The notes under the pieces are model-generated. The model searched no databases, had not been told where the DNA came from, and saw only the letters and a program-made list of their open reading frames with translations. A DNA stretch of 64,000 nt from Octopus sinensis (Eukaryota): positions 72,416,001 through 72,480,000 of the forward strand of contig NC_043001.1 in the NCBI RefSeq assembly GCF_006345805.1, in the 5' to 3' direction. The translations under genes were made by a program, and so were the position numbers. Within the stretch, counting starts at the first letter, position 1. Every line of letters starts with the position of its first letter. Positions 1 through 12,318 of this stretch are shown piece by piece.

Positions 1-34
1 ATTAACCGCAATCTATCAAACATTTTTAAAGTTA

Positions 35-140
35 TCCACGGACGTACGTTTCGAAATCAAGTTTTAGGAAAGCATAAGAATTAAAATATTAAATATTAAT
101 AATTCTATCTTACCGAAACTTCTTTTCTCTTCAGCGTGGA
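35..140 (-). ncRNA. Type I hammerhead ribozyme motif (Penelope-type, palindromic stem III, long loop II)
   Basis: Minus strand reads UCCACG-CUGAAGA-GAAA-[67 nt]-UUUC-GAAA-CGUACG-UC|CGUGGA. Stem I is 6 bp, the core is canonical, stem II has the G10.1-C11.1 pair, stem III is the palindrome ACGUACGU, and the cleavage triplet is GUC. Confidence 0.8.
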
Positions 141-750
141 ATACTATAATCATAAATGATTATATATTGAATTTTGAGATACTAGGAGGTACCAACTCAA
201 CTCAGTATCAGAGCGAGCTAGAATCCTCAACTAGTATCACCGAATTCAAATTTGTGAATGAAACGATTGTGTCAACAGCCCCTTCCACCCGCGTGTAGCC
301 AAAACAAGATGCTGTAGTCATCTACTGAGATAAAATATGGTTATCCGTAATAATGAAGGGTGAAATTAATTAATTTGGAATAATTATCAATTACACCAAG
401 TAGTCTTCGGCATGTAAAAGCCTCATTTGAGGAAAATTTAAGTAATACTAAGCAATAAGGGTTCAGCAACGAATTGCCTTACCACATACCGAATTTAGAA
501 ATAGCAGTCATATATATATATATATATATGTTATTCAAAGGAATTCCAACTCTGTTTTTTATGTTTTATTTATCTTCTTTATAATATTAATGTAGAATAT
601 AGAATATATAGTATAAATAGTATATATAGTGTAAAATGAAATGAAGTATTGATTGTCTTATTGAATAGATGAAATATTGAATATCAAATATTAAGGGACT
701 AGTATACTTTCTTGCATTAAAGCAGTTTTCAAGGTCCCAGGTTGTGACAG

Positions 751-842
751 GAAAATAAAAATAAGAAATAAGTGGAAATTTTACCGGTGAGTGTGTTACA
801 TTATAAGGCACAAAAATAAAATGACTCTCCCCAGACACAACG
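751..842 (+). repeat. Dispersed repeat, partial copy of the arm of the 27838-28107 palindrome (probably PLE terminal sequence)
   Basis: gtggaaattttaccggtgagtgtgtta...aatgactctccccagacacaac is nearly identical to ~28000-28100. Confidence 0.75.
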
Positions 843-848
843 GAGTAT

Positions 849-1140
<292 letters not shown>

Positions 1141-1399
1141 ATGTTATGCATATATGAGAGTATTGTAATTTCGCTTGAAGCATTGTGTATTGTTTGTAAG
1201 CAATAATAATAAATAGTAATAATGTGTTTTGAATGGCACAACAATGCACTATAATAACTGTTATAATTTAATCATCCCTAGTCTGATATAATATTTAGGA
1301 ATATAAAAATTTCTTCTTCAGATATCCCTAGGGATTGATCAAGTCACTGCTACAATCGATTTTCCAACGGCTTTTTTCTTCCCCCTTCTTCCTTCTTCC

Positions 1400-4300
1400 T
1401 TTTCTCTTTTTTCTTTCACCGGAAGTATAGCCACGCGCGGCCACGATCACCTCAAACAATTTACACAGCGACTGGTTTCGTCTTTCTGTTCTTTGGGTCT
1501 CAAAAAAAAAAAAAGCCCAATGCCTACGGAATCGCAAGTGCCGGAGGCAGGTCTGAAAAGCTGGAAGCTTCTAGTCCGCGACCACACATCGGCAGCGAAT
1601 CTCAGATCGTCACTCTCCTATGAATAGCTGTGATATTGGAGTTAGGCAGCTGGAGTCGTGACTGGGCTGGCATCTTTAGGATTACCGCAGCTCAGCCTCA
1701 AGGGGAACCCCGTAGAAAAGGTAGGGTAAACATCGGACACGGCAACTCGATCTGGCCAGGATACCGTGACTGGCGGACCTCCCATTCAGCGGTCGGAACT
1801 CTACTTCTACTTCTACTCATCCATCATCGACTACTAAATCCTTTGTTTCACAACCTCTCACTATTGGGGCCTGGAACATCTGCACTCTCTAGGACAAGAG
1901 TGACATTAATCATCCGGAACGACGTACAACCCTCGTCTACAAGGAACTTGCCTGCTTCAACATCGACGTGGCAGCCTTGAGTGAGACTCGGCTTCCCTGA
2001 GAAGGCAGCATCAGAGAAGCTGTCTCCAAATACACCATTTTTTGGAAGGGGAGGTATCCTAAAGAACTGCACATCCATGGAAAACGAAACTCGTGGATCA
2101 ACACAGGCTCATCCCAACTGCTGCCAGCGAGCGCCTGATGACTATTCGGATCCCGCTCATTCGGGATAGATACCTTATGCTGATCTCTGTGTACGCCTCT
2201 ACAATCACATCTGAAGACGACGTCAAGGCTTCGTTCTAGAACCTGTTGGACCGCACCATCCAGACATTTCCCGCGCATGACAAACTCGTCGTGTTGGAGG
2301 GACTTTAACGGCAGAGTCGGCAGTGACCATTGTCTGTGGAACGGCATTCTTGGTCAGCACGGCATTGGAAAATGCAATACCAATGGCCAGCTCCTCCTGG
2401 GCCTTTGCACCGAGCACGAACTCGTCATCGCCAACCCCCTATTTCGTCTCCCTCCAGACAAAAGACAACCTGGAAACACCCACGGTCTAAACACTGGCAC
2501 ATCCTCGACTACGTTCTGACAACATCCAAGGAGGGACGAGATGTACGCATCACCCGCTCCTGCCTGGTGCAGATGACTGCTGGAGAGATCACCGCCTTCT
2601 TATTTTTCGCCTTGATATCAAAATCCGGGTCTCAACAAACATCCCTTGCCGACGTTTCGACTGCGTCAAACTCCGGAATTCACAGGCACCCCAAGACTTC
2701 AGGGAATCCACTGAAAGACACCTGATGGACCTCTCAGATCCACCGAGGATTGCTGGACGAGCCCTCGGGAAGACATGACCGCTGCCGCCGAGGACACGAT
2801 CGGCTTTGCTCGGAAGGGGAACCAAGACTGGTTTGACGAGAATGATGAAACCATCTCCCGTCTTATCGAAGCAAAACTCCGGACGCGCCTCATCCTCGAG
2901 AACCATGCCACTGCGCAGAAAAAACGAAAACACCAGCAAGCATCAGCGGAATATCGACGAGGAATTAGAGAAGCTCAGAACATCTGGTGGCAGAGGAAAG
3001 CAGAAGAGATGCAAAACTATGCGGACCAACGTGACTTGCGCCGCTTTTATACCGCAACTGAGGAGATCTTCGGCACCACAAGGTCGTCAGTGGGTGGCCT
3101 GAAGGGCGCAGCTGGCTCTACAATAACTGGCACCCAGGGAATCCTCGATCGTTGGAAGTCCTATTTCGAGAGCCTACATAACGACCACTCACGCACTCCT
3201 GACAATCTCTTCCAAAACAACTCACAGCTCCCCATCTGATGTCCATTAGACGTCCTTGCCGCCCTCGCTCCAAGAGTTCAACAAGGCATTCGAGCGCATG
3301 AAACCGAGAAAAGCTTCAGAACCAGGCAATATCCCGTTTGCGGTTCTCACACACGGAGGTCCTGAGCTGAGAAATCATCTGACGTGCCTTATCCTCAAGA
3401 TCTGGGAAAGCAAGACCCTCCCAAACGACTTCTGCGATGCAACTATCATCACCATCTTCAAGAAGGGAGACCCAGAGGATTGCAACAACTAGCGGGGCAT
3501 CTCACTCCTGAGTATTGCAAGCAAGGTCTTCGCCCGTACCCTACTCAATCGCTACATCATCCTCACGGAAGACGTCCTCCCTGAGTTCCAGTGTGGTTTT
3601 CGAGCCTTTAGAAGCACAAGCGATATGATCTTTTGTGCCCGTAAACTCCAGGAAAAGTGTCAAGAACATCAACAGCATGCAATGTTCATCATATGGGATC
3701 TAAAGAAAGCCTTTGACAAGGTCCCCGTCCTGTAATGTGGGCCATCTTTGCACGGTTTGGATGTCCGGAGGACTTTATTGTCTTGGTTCTCTCCCTTCAC
3801 AACGGTATGGTGAGCAGGGTATGTCATCAAAATGCCCTCACAGATCCGTTTCCCATCACTGGGGTCTTAAGTAAGGGTGCATTTTGGCACTAACCTATTT
3901 CTCTTTGTATATGGCTGCCATGTTCAACGAAATCCCACTAGATTCACCTTCCATCAACATACGCTATCGTTTGGAAGGCAGACTCTTCAATCTCACATGT
4001 CTCCGCGCAAAGACGAAGACCTCCGCCATCTCAGTTCGTGAGATGTAGTATGCCGACGACAATGCCACCTCGAGCCGGACCGCTGTTGGCCTACAAAAGA
4101 CGGCCGAACTTTACAACGCGGCTTACGAAAGGTTCGGGATGCAGGTGAGCACATTCAAGACGAAGACACTGATCCAAACTGCACCAGGCCATAACAATCC
4201 ACTCACAAACATTAGCATCAACGGCCAAGCCCTAGAAGAAGTTAAACACTTCTCATACCTTGGGAGTATCCTTTCGAAGACTCCCACGTGTGAAAAGGAT

Positions 4301-5038
4301 GTGGAGAACAGGATCAGAGCGGCCCACTCCGCCTTGGGTAGAGCCAGCCAACGTGTTTTCTTCAATCACGCGCCGGCCATCCGGACAAAGATTATGGTCT
4401 TCCGTGCCATTGTCCTGTCAACTCCTCTCTACGCTTGTGAGACTTGGACGCAGTACCGCCGCGATTTCAAGCGCGTTTAATGCTTCCAGCAATCCAAGCC
4501 ACGATAGATCCTCAATATACGATGGGAAGATCACAATACCAACAATGAGGTTCTTCGCCGCGCCTCACTACCATGCGCCGAAGCCACCATTCTTTGCCAT
4601 CGTCTCCGCTGGGTATGTCTCGCCCAGCGTATGGAGCCCTCTCGTCTCCCGAGGATCAAGCCCTACGGAGAACTTGCAATCAGAACAAGACTCAGAATAG
4701 GTCCGAAATTCCGTTTTAAAGATCAGGCCAAACGGACTCTGGCTCAAACTAACATCCAACCATCCTCATGGGAACAAATTGTCATGGATAGGACAGTCTG
4801 GAGGACTGTTGTCCGCAATGGAGCCAGCTCCTTCGAGTAGAACAGACAACAGAATGAGGAGGTAAAACGCAGGATAAGAAAGGAGCGTCTTCAACATCCT
4901 CGACCCACACCGACCATTCTGTGCGATTCCTGCTCACGACTCACTGACTACCAACACCACAGTCATATTCGGCCCAAGCATCAGCCAAGGAGACTGGATA
5001 GAAACTGACGAACCCGATGCTCGTATACGACGACGACG

Positions 5039-5040
<2 letters not shown>
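1400..5040 (+). mobile_element. Near full-length, decayed RTE-clade LINE (APE endonuclease + RT)
   Basis: APE start LTIGAWNICTL* at ~1857. RT motifs ISLLSIASKVFAR, QCGFR and DLKKAFDKV at ~3500-3730, YADD at 4049-4060, thumb/C-terminal region to ~4940, (ACG)n tail at 5027-5040. Many stops and frameshifts. The 5' boundary is approximate. Confidence 0.92.
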
Positions 5041-5070
<30 letters not shown>

Positions 5071-7540
5071 ATACTTACACACACACACACACACACAGAC
5101 ATACATACACACATACATACACACATACATACGCACATACATACACACACACCGCACGTACATAATTCACACACACACACATGCACACATACATGTAGGC
5201 ACACACATACATACATACCCACACATGCACACCCTTACACTGAATGCACACACACATACACCTTTTTGCATCCAGGCAGCCCCCCCCTCTTTTCTGCTTT
5301 CCGGTTTTGGCTGATGGATCCTCGGTTCCCGCGTAGCGGGGCGTTCGAGGGCCTTTGCGCTCGCGCGCCTTGGCGCGCGCTGGGGGCTTGGTCGGCCCCT
5401 TGGGCTTGCGTTGTACTGCTTGCGCGCTGTGTGCGTGAGCGCGCTTCGTGTGTGTGGGCTTGCTTCGGATGTGCGCGTGCGTATGTATGCATACATACCC
5501 ACACACTCGCATGCATCCCTACCCACATACATACACGCACACCTACTCACACACACACATACACACACACACACACATACCCGCACACACACAATACATA
5601 CATACACACACATACCTACTTCAGACATACACACACACAGACATACACCCATACACTCACACTCACACGCATACACACACACACACATACACACGCACAC
5701 GTACACATACACACACACACACACACCTACATACATACATTACACTTGTACACACACACACTTACATTCATACACACACACACCTACACAGCCATACCCT
5801 CACTCAGACACACACACCTACCTACACACACACACAAACACACACAGACACACACCCATACATACATACATCTACACACACACGCCTACACACATACATA
5901 CACACATACATACACACACACACACATACACATACACACACATACGCACACACACATATACTTATACACATGCACACACACACACACATACATACATACA
6001 CCCATACACATACACACACACATACCTACATACTCCTATACGCACATACATACACACATACATACACACATACACACTCACACAAACATACACACACACA
6101 TACACACACACTCACCTGCACGCGCACACACATGCATGACAAACACCCATACACTCACACTCACATACGCACACACCAACATAAACACGCACACGCACAC
6201 ACACACCTACACTCCCACACACATACACACGCACCTACATACACACACGCACGCATACACACGCACACACACGCATACACACATACATTACACACGTACA
6301 CACACACCTACATACACATGCATACACACACACACACACAAACATGCACGGACACACCCAGACATACATACACCTATATACACACGCCCACACACCTACA
6401 TACACACACATACATACACACACATACACGGACACACCCATACATACTTACATACATACACCTATACACACACGCCTACACACCTACATACACACACATG
6501 CATACACACACACATGTACGCACATACACACACATATACGCACATACATATATACCCACACACATGCACACACACACACATACGCACATGCATGCATGCA
6601 TGCACACGCGCACACCTACACGCATACACACACACACGCACGTACACATACATACATACACACACATACATACACCCATACACATACATGCATCCTACAC
6701 ACACATACATACACACTCACACATACACACACACACACACACTCACTCACACACTTGTATGTACGCGCACACACATGCACATACACACACTTCCACACAC
6801 CCACACGTACATACATACACACTCATACACATACACACACACACACACACGGACATACATCTATGCACACACATATATACACACATACTCACATACATTT
6901 CATCGGACACACTGACACCCAGACATACACACGACACACTCACACATCCCACACAATACACACTTACGCGCATACTCGCAGGCGCGCGCACACACGCGCT
7001 TGCGCCGGTTCGCGCACGCATACGCGCCGCATGCACCTCGCTCTTGGACCCGACGAGACCTCCCGCTCGTTCCTGGGACCGTCGCTTGTCGTTGGTTTTC
7101 TCACGCCGTCTCCGCGGGACCACTCTTCCATCTTCCCCTCAGCTGGAGTCCTTTTTCCTTAACCCCCCCCTTTTTTGTTACACACACGCGCACACATATA
7201 CACACATTGCTTAAATATATACATTACTCTTACACACATTCAATCTACTCGCCCTTAATACTACCACGACACTGGACACACACACACACTACTACTCAAC
7301 ACACGCTGGCACGCTACATACGGCCCCCACCCCTTCCCCTCCCTCCCTTCCTCCTTCCTTCTTTTTTTACTACTGACGTGTCTGCTATGCCTACCACTGT
7401 CTCACCCTACCTCACACGCCTACACACAGACGCACACACTAACACATACATATATTTTTGGTTTTTTTATCTCGCCTCACACACACATACACACACGCAC
7501 ACGCACACATCACACATACACACACATCTGTTGCGTTACC
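5041..7540. repeat. Very long imperfect (CA/TA/CATA)n microsatellite with two A-depleted, G-rich tracts
   Basis: Read directly from the sequence. It is the source of the HT-rich ORFs in the track. Confidence 0.95.
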
Positions 7541-7699
7541 AACCTTGTCTCCACTCTTTTGCCTTTAAAAACCCACTTTGCTCTTGTTATCGTAAACTTC
7601 CGCCTTTCACCATGTGTAACTCGTAAACACCAGTCGTTTTTTTTTTCTCTATCCCTGTTGCCCGCTTTGGATCTTTCTTTCCTCTCTCTTCCTTCTTAT

Positions 7700-7734
7700 G
7701 TTTCCGACGAAGAGCTCCGCTCGAAACGTCATAC
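7700..7734 (+). ncRNA. Degenerate minimal hammerhead-like motif in a PLE-like terminal segment
   Basis: GUUU-CCGACGA-A-GAGC-UCC-GCUC-GAAA-CG-UC|AUAC. Stem III is the palindrome ACGU. Core position 4 is C, there is an extra A before stem II, and stem I has a mismatch. Confidence 0.55.
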
Positions 7735-7824
7735 CCTCCTGCTTCCATTTCCTGGCGCCGCCTATTAATAATAATACTGTAATTGTTCCATTGTTGTTGT
7801 TTTTTTGTTTTTCCCGTTTGGATT

Positions 7825-7854
<30 letters not shown>

Positions 7855-7860
<6 letters not shown>

Positions 7861-8095
7861 CAATTAAAAAGGGGAATGACTACTAAAGTGGATTCATACA
7901 CGCTAGAGATAGACGTCAAATCGCCTTACCACAAAGAGTGTGTTCTCAAGAAAAAAACCTAGCAAGCGCCAAAATGTCAAAAATAAGCAAAGCAAATTAA
8001 AATTTACAAAATAAAACGATTACCTACGATCTGACGTCTATCTCTTGCGTATAGGGATCCACTTTAGTGGTCATTCCTCTTATTGATTGTAATAT
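7855..8095. repeat. Fold-back element: ~69-bp imperfect inverted repeats around a 103-bp spacer
   Basis: 7855-7923 is the reverse complement of 8027-8095 with a few mismatches. 7928-8055 recurs at 8861-8988. Confidence 0.85.
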
Positions 8096-8201
8096 AATTT
8101 TAAATCTTCGGATTTTTTTAATATGCTAGACCACTGGTTTACATTGATGTTAATTAATTGATACCAATTTCTACCCTCATTATTTAATTTATATATATAT
8201 A

Positions 8202-8736
8202 TCACCTTGATCACCTTGACCGACCAGTCCGTCGGGCGTCCATTTGACACCGCTGGTCACAGCACGCTGTCCACTCCTCTCTGGATCGCGCCTTTCTCAT
8301 CCACGTGATCCCAATCGTCCTCCTGAAATCGTAACTCCACCATCGTGGAGGCCTTCGGGTGGTCGTTTCCGCTCGCGCGGGTACCACTCGACAACTGCGC
8401 GGGTCCACTGATTATCGGTGAGCCGGGCGACGTGTGCAGCCCATCTAAACTTGCTGCGTGTATACTCTGCGATGACATCCCTCACGCCGGACTTCTTTCT
8501 GATGATCTCGCTACTGATGTGCTCTGTCAACGAGATAGCAAGCATTGACCTTTCCATGGCTCTTTGAGCCGTTACCAATCTCTGCTCTTCTCTCTTTGTG
8601 GTAGCCCATATTTCACTACCATATAACATTGCAGGTAGAACTGTACTGTTGATGAGGTTGGCGCGGGTGGTCCTGTCCAACCTTCCCTTGAGCACATCCT
8701 TTATGCTATTAAACGCATTCCATCTGGCCCTTACTC
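8202..8736 (-). mobile_element. 5'-truncated RTE-clade LINE (C-terminal fragment)
   Basis: Minus-strand ORF ...LFNSTVLPAMLYGSE-type C-terminus (LINSTVLPAMLYGSEIW...KFRWAAHVAR...WYPRERKRP). 3' tail of two TCAAGGTGA copies. (TA)n on both flanks. Confidence 0.88.
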
Positions 8737-8760
8737 ATATATATATATATATATATATAA

Positions 8761-9282
8761 ATAAAATATATACATACAATATTAGATATGTACATATATA
8801 CACAAAGGTACTATATGAGTACCTATATGGCTAATGATAGAAGTCGAAAAATACTTCTGTACCACAAAGAGTGTGTTCTCAAGAAAAAAACCTAGCAAAC
8901 GCCAAAATGTAAAAAATAAGCAAGGCAAATTAAAATTTACAAAATTAGACGATTACCTACGATTTGACGTCTATCTCTAGCGTATAGGAGAATGTTAGTA
9001 GTTATTTAGCTGGCGGACTTCGGCTGATGAGAAATCACGCACCTGGGTGACGCTAAATTTCGAAACCGGTACCGAGTTGACTAGCATTTACTTGTTCTGA
9101 CCCATTTGAGGTAAGACATTATTATTGTTCACTGATATTTTTCCTATCTTGTCTGTAATGGATTTGTGACTATTCGGTGGTACAGAAGTATTTTTCGACT
9201 TCTATCATTAGCGATATAGGTACTCATATATATACCCTTGTGTATATATGTACATATCTAATATTATATGTATATATTTTAT
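8761..9282. repeat. Fold-back element: ~105-bp inverted repeats enclosing a hammerhead
   Basis: 8761-8865 is the reverse complement of 9177-9282 with few differences. Confidence 0.88.
9016..9078 (+). ncRNA. Type I hammerhead ribozyme motif (Penelope-type)
   Basis: GACUUCGG-CUGAUGA-GAAAU-[21 nt]-AUUUC-GAAA-CCGG-UA|CCGAGUU. Core is canonical, stem II is 5 bp, stem III is the palindrome ACCGGU, triplet GUA with predicted cleavage after 9071, stem I ~7 bp with one bulge. Confidence 0.85.
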
Positions 9283-9343
9283 AAATTTGCTTGTACGGCT
9301 GATAATTCGCTTACCACTTGTGATGGTATTTTAATAATACTAT

Positions 9344-9377
<34 letters not shown>

Positions 9378-9414
9378 TGATCAAAATAAAATAAAAACAT
9401 GATGCGAAGGATTC

Positions 9415-9436
9415 AGCGGTACATATGTTTCGGGCC
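9415..9436 (-). ncRNA. 3' half of a hammerhead motif (5' core lost)
   Basis: Minus strand GGCCC-GAAA-CAUAUG-UA|CCGCUG with palindrome ACAUAUGU. No CUGANGA found upstream. Confidence 0.4.
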
Positions 9437-9481
9437 TTTATTAGACAGATTTATAACAGATTTATAGACAGATGTTTCGGG

Positions 9482-9524
<43 letters not shown>

Positions 9525-10259
9525 TAGATAGATACACACACACACAAACACATATATGAAACGATTGTAAACATGAAATTCTCTAATAATCTAGAAAGGC
9601 AATGTTATTACATTCTATCTCCTTCTGAGTATTGGTTTGCACTCAAATAACCTTACATACTTAAATACATTCTCCACTTTAACGGATAAATTAATTTAGA
9701 CATCAGGCAGACTCTATTGCTATTGTCTTCTCACAGACTTTACTTCACCAACATCTGATAACAACATCAATTCTCAAGAGTATGAGCCTGCTATAGGGTA
9801 ATGAATAACAGGAGAAAATCTGATATGTCCACTTTTAACTGCCCGCTTCCGTTAGTTCTGATTGTATATATCTTCAGAAAAAGGTAACAAAAGACAATAA
9901 AATAAGAAAGAAAAAAAGAACAAACATCTAACAAATATTTTAAAGGCTCTGCAGAGAATGGTTCGAGCGACGCCTGTGCCATAAATTGGTTGATTAATTC
10001 ATCAATTAATGGATCGATTAAGAATGCATATCTCAATGTATAATTGATGCAGTTTACTGAATGAACTGAAATATATATAAGCGATAAAGTATCGTATAAA
10101 TGTAATTCTTCATTCTTTACTTCATTTCTGATATAATCTGTGATTAATTCACCAAATTACGTATTAAGTACAGTTTGCACTTGTTACACGGTATAAATAA
10201 ATATATGGATTGCAATAATCTTGATTATAGCAATCAGTATATGGATTATGCCTGGGGAT

Positions 10260-12318
10260 GTGGCTTTAAAAGAATACCTGGCATGTATTCTCTACGTGTC
10301 GTAAAAGGCGACTGAAAGGGGAACCACAGTAGCAAAAAGGTGGCCTCAACGGGATCATTAAAAACGGTATATTTCCATAGTCGTTGCTGTGGTAGGGTGA
10401 GTTCAGGCTGCCTTTAAATAGGCCTGCATCGGGCAGCAGCGGTGCAGCACAAGTGTTTCGGTGGATGATCCTTGAGTGATGGACAACGGCAGATCTCCTC
10501 AGTCATCCAGATCTTCATTAAGTGGCGGGCGTTGTGAGAACCTTAGATGTAGCCGTCACTCTGCAGTGAAGAATGTAACGGGAAACCACTTCACTACTTT
10601 ACAATTCCAAAGAACAATAATGGGTAGTCGTAATTCAATGCTGGAAGGTATCAGCGTAAAGGGGGCTTGTTTATCTAATAAGGATTGCTCCTCGCCCAGA
10701 TACAGAAGTATCATAAAAGTTGGAACCTGGAATGTGAGAACTTTATATCATAGTGGCAAGCTTGAAAATGCTAAGCAACACCCTGAAAATGCCATTAACA
10801 TCCTGGCATAATGAAACAAGGTGGCCGAATAATGGCGACTTCATCATTGGTGATTTCAAGAGGACTTATACAGGTGGTAACAAACATGAGAAAGGAGTAA
10901 GACTATTGTTAGATCCTGATATGGCAAAATGTGTCCTTCATCACTGAACAGTAAGTGAAAGAATTTTGCTGGTCAAACTGCATGGACGTCCATTTAACAT
11001 CTCCATCACAATTATTTATGCACCCACAGCAGATAGCAGAGAAGAGAAGACTGATGAATTCTATGATGAGACTGATGAAACCTTGAGGGAAGCCAAATAT
11101 CAATGCAAGTCCGATAAAACTAATATCCTCATGGGAAATCTGAATGCGAAGGTGGTCGTGGACAGGATGGCAAAGCAGTTGGTTAGTATGTAATTGGCGA
11201 GAAAAATGAGTGAAGAGAGAGATGAATACGGTGATGTGAGACAAAGAATATTATTATTACGAACTCATGGCTTAAACACCCTAGAAAAATTTACACATGT
11301 AAGGACCCTCGTGACATCTTCAAAAATCAGATTGATTATATCTCCATGAATGACAGATTTAAAAGACCAGTAATATATGCAAAAACATATCCAGGAGCAG
11401 ACTGTAAAAGCAATCATGTAACAGTGGTATACACACAATGTAAATTAAAGAATTTGAAGAGAGAGAAAACTACGGAGAAACTGGATATTAAGCGGCTGAA
11501 TAAATCAGTGTTGCAGTTGGGGTATTCCAACAATGTAGGGAACAGATTTCAGCAGTTGACTGATAATGAAGAGGAGATTACCTGGGAAATAATGAGAAAC
11601 ACCTTAGTAGAAACAGCCCAGGAAATCTTGCCAAAGGAAAATAGAAAAAAATAAATAAGAGATGGATGACTGAGGAGATCATTTCAATGATGAGTAAGCG
11701 ATAGAAGATCAGGACAGGAAATCCAAAGAATATAAGGAGCTAGATTGACTGATTGAAACATCACAGAAGATGCAAGAGACGAATAGTGCTGGCAAAATCT
11801 GCATTCCCCAAATTGTATAATATCCTGAGAAATTGTATTCTGAGCATCAAGACCAAGATCCGTATATTGAACTGCTGTGTCTACTTTGTGTTAATGTATG
11901 GAAGTAAGTTATGGATTATAACATAAGAAATGAGAAAGTGCTTGGAGTGCAGTTAAATGTGTTTTTTAAGGAGAATATTGAGGATAGTATGGACAAAGTG
12001 TCTAATGAAGAACTCATCACTAGGGTTGCGCCAAATAGGTAACTGCATCGTAATATAACGACTAAGCAACTGAGATTTCTTGGACATTTGATGAGGAAAG
12101 ATGACCTGGAGAATTTAGCGCTTACAGACAGATTGAATGGAAAAGATGCAGAGGAAGGACAAGGAGGATATGGATGTCAGGCTTGATAAACTGTTTGGAA
12201 GGAAGATGCATTAAACATCAGGAAGTGCAACTATTACAAAAAACAAAGAACAGAGAATTGTGGCAGGACACAATCGCATATTTCCTACAATCTGGACATG
12301 GCACCTAAAGAAGAAGAA
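10260..12318 (+). mobile_element. Decayed RTE-like LINE with 5' UTR, APE domain and C-terminus, RT core deleted
   Basis: IKVGTWNVRTL (~10710), YAPTAD, ILMGNLNAKV, NQIDYI. At ~11790 it jumps to C-terminal sequence (LRFLGHLMRK-like at ~12070). (AAG)n tail at 12308-12318. Confidence 0.85.

Noticed and set aside
2640-2680. Minus-strand GAAA-CG-UC half motif
   Set aside because: It lies inside LINE coding sequence with no CUGANGA core.
5017-7626. Long ORFs of 200-630 aa rich in HT/CV dipeptides
   Set aside because: They are translations of (CA/TA)n repeats, which lack stop codons by composition. The same applies to similar ORFs at ~12.8, 29.7, 38.4, 42.9 and 44.0 kb.
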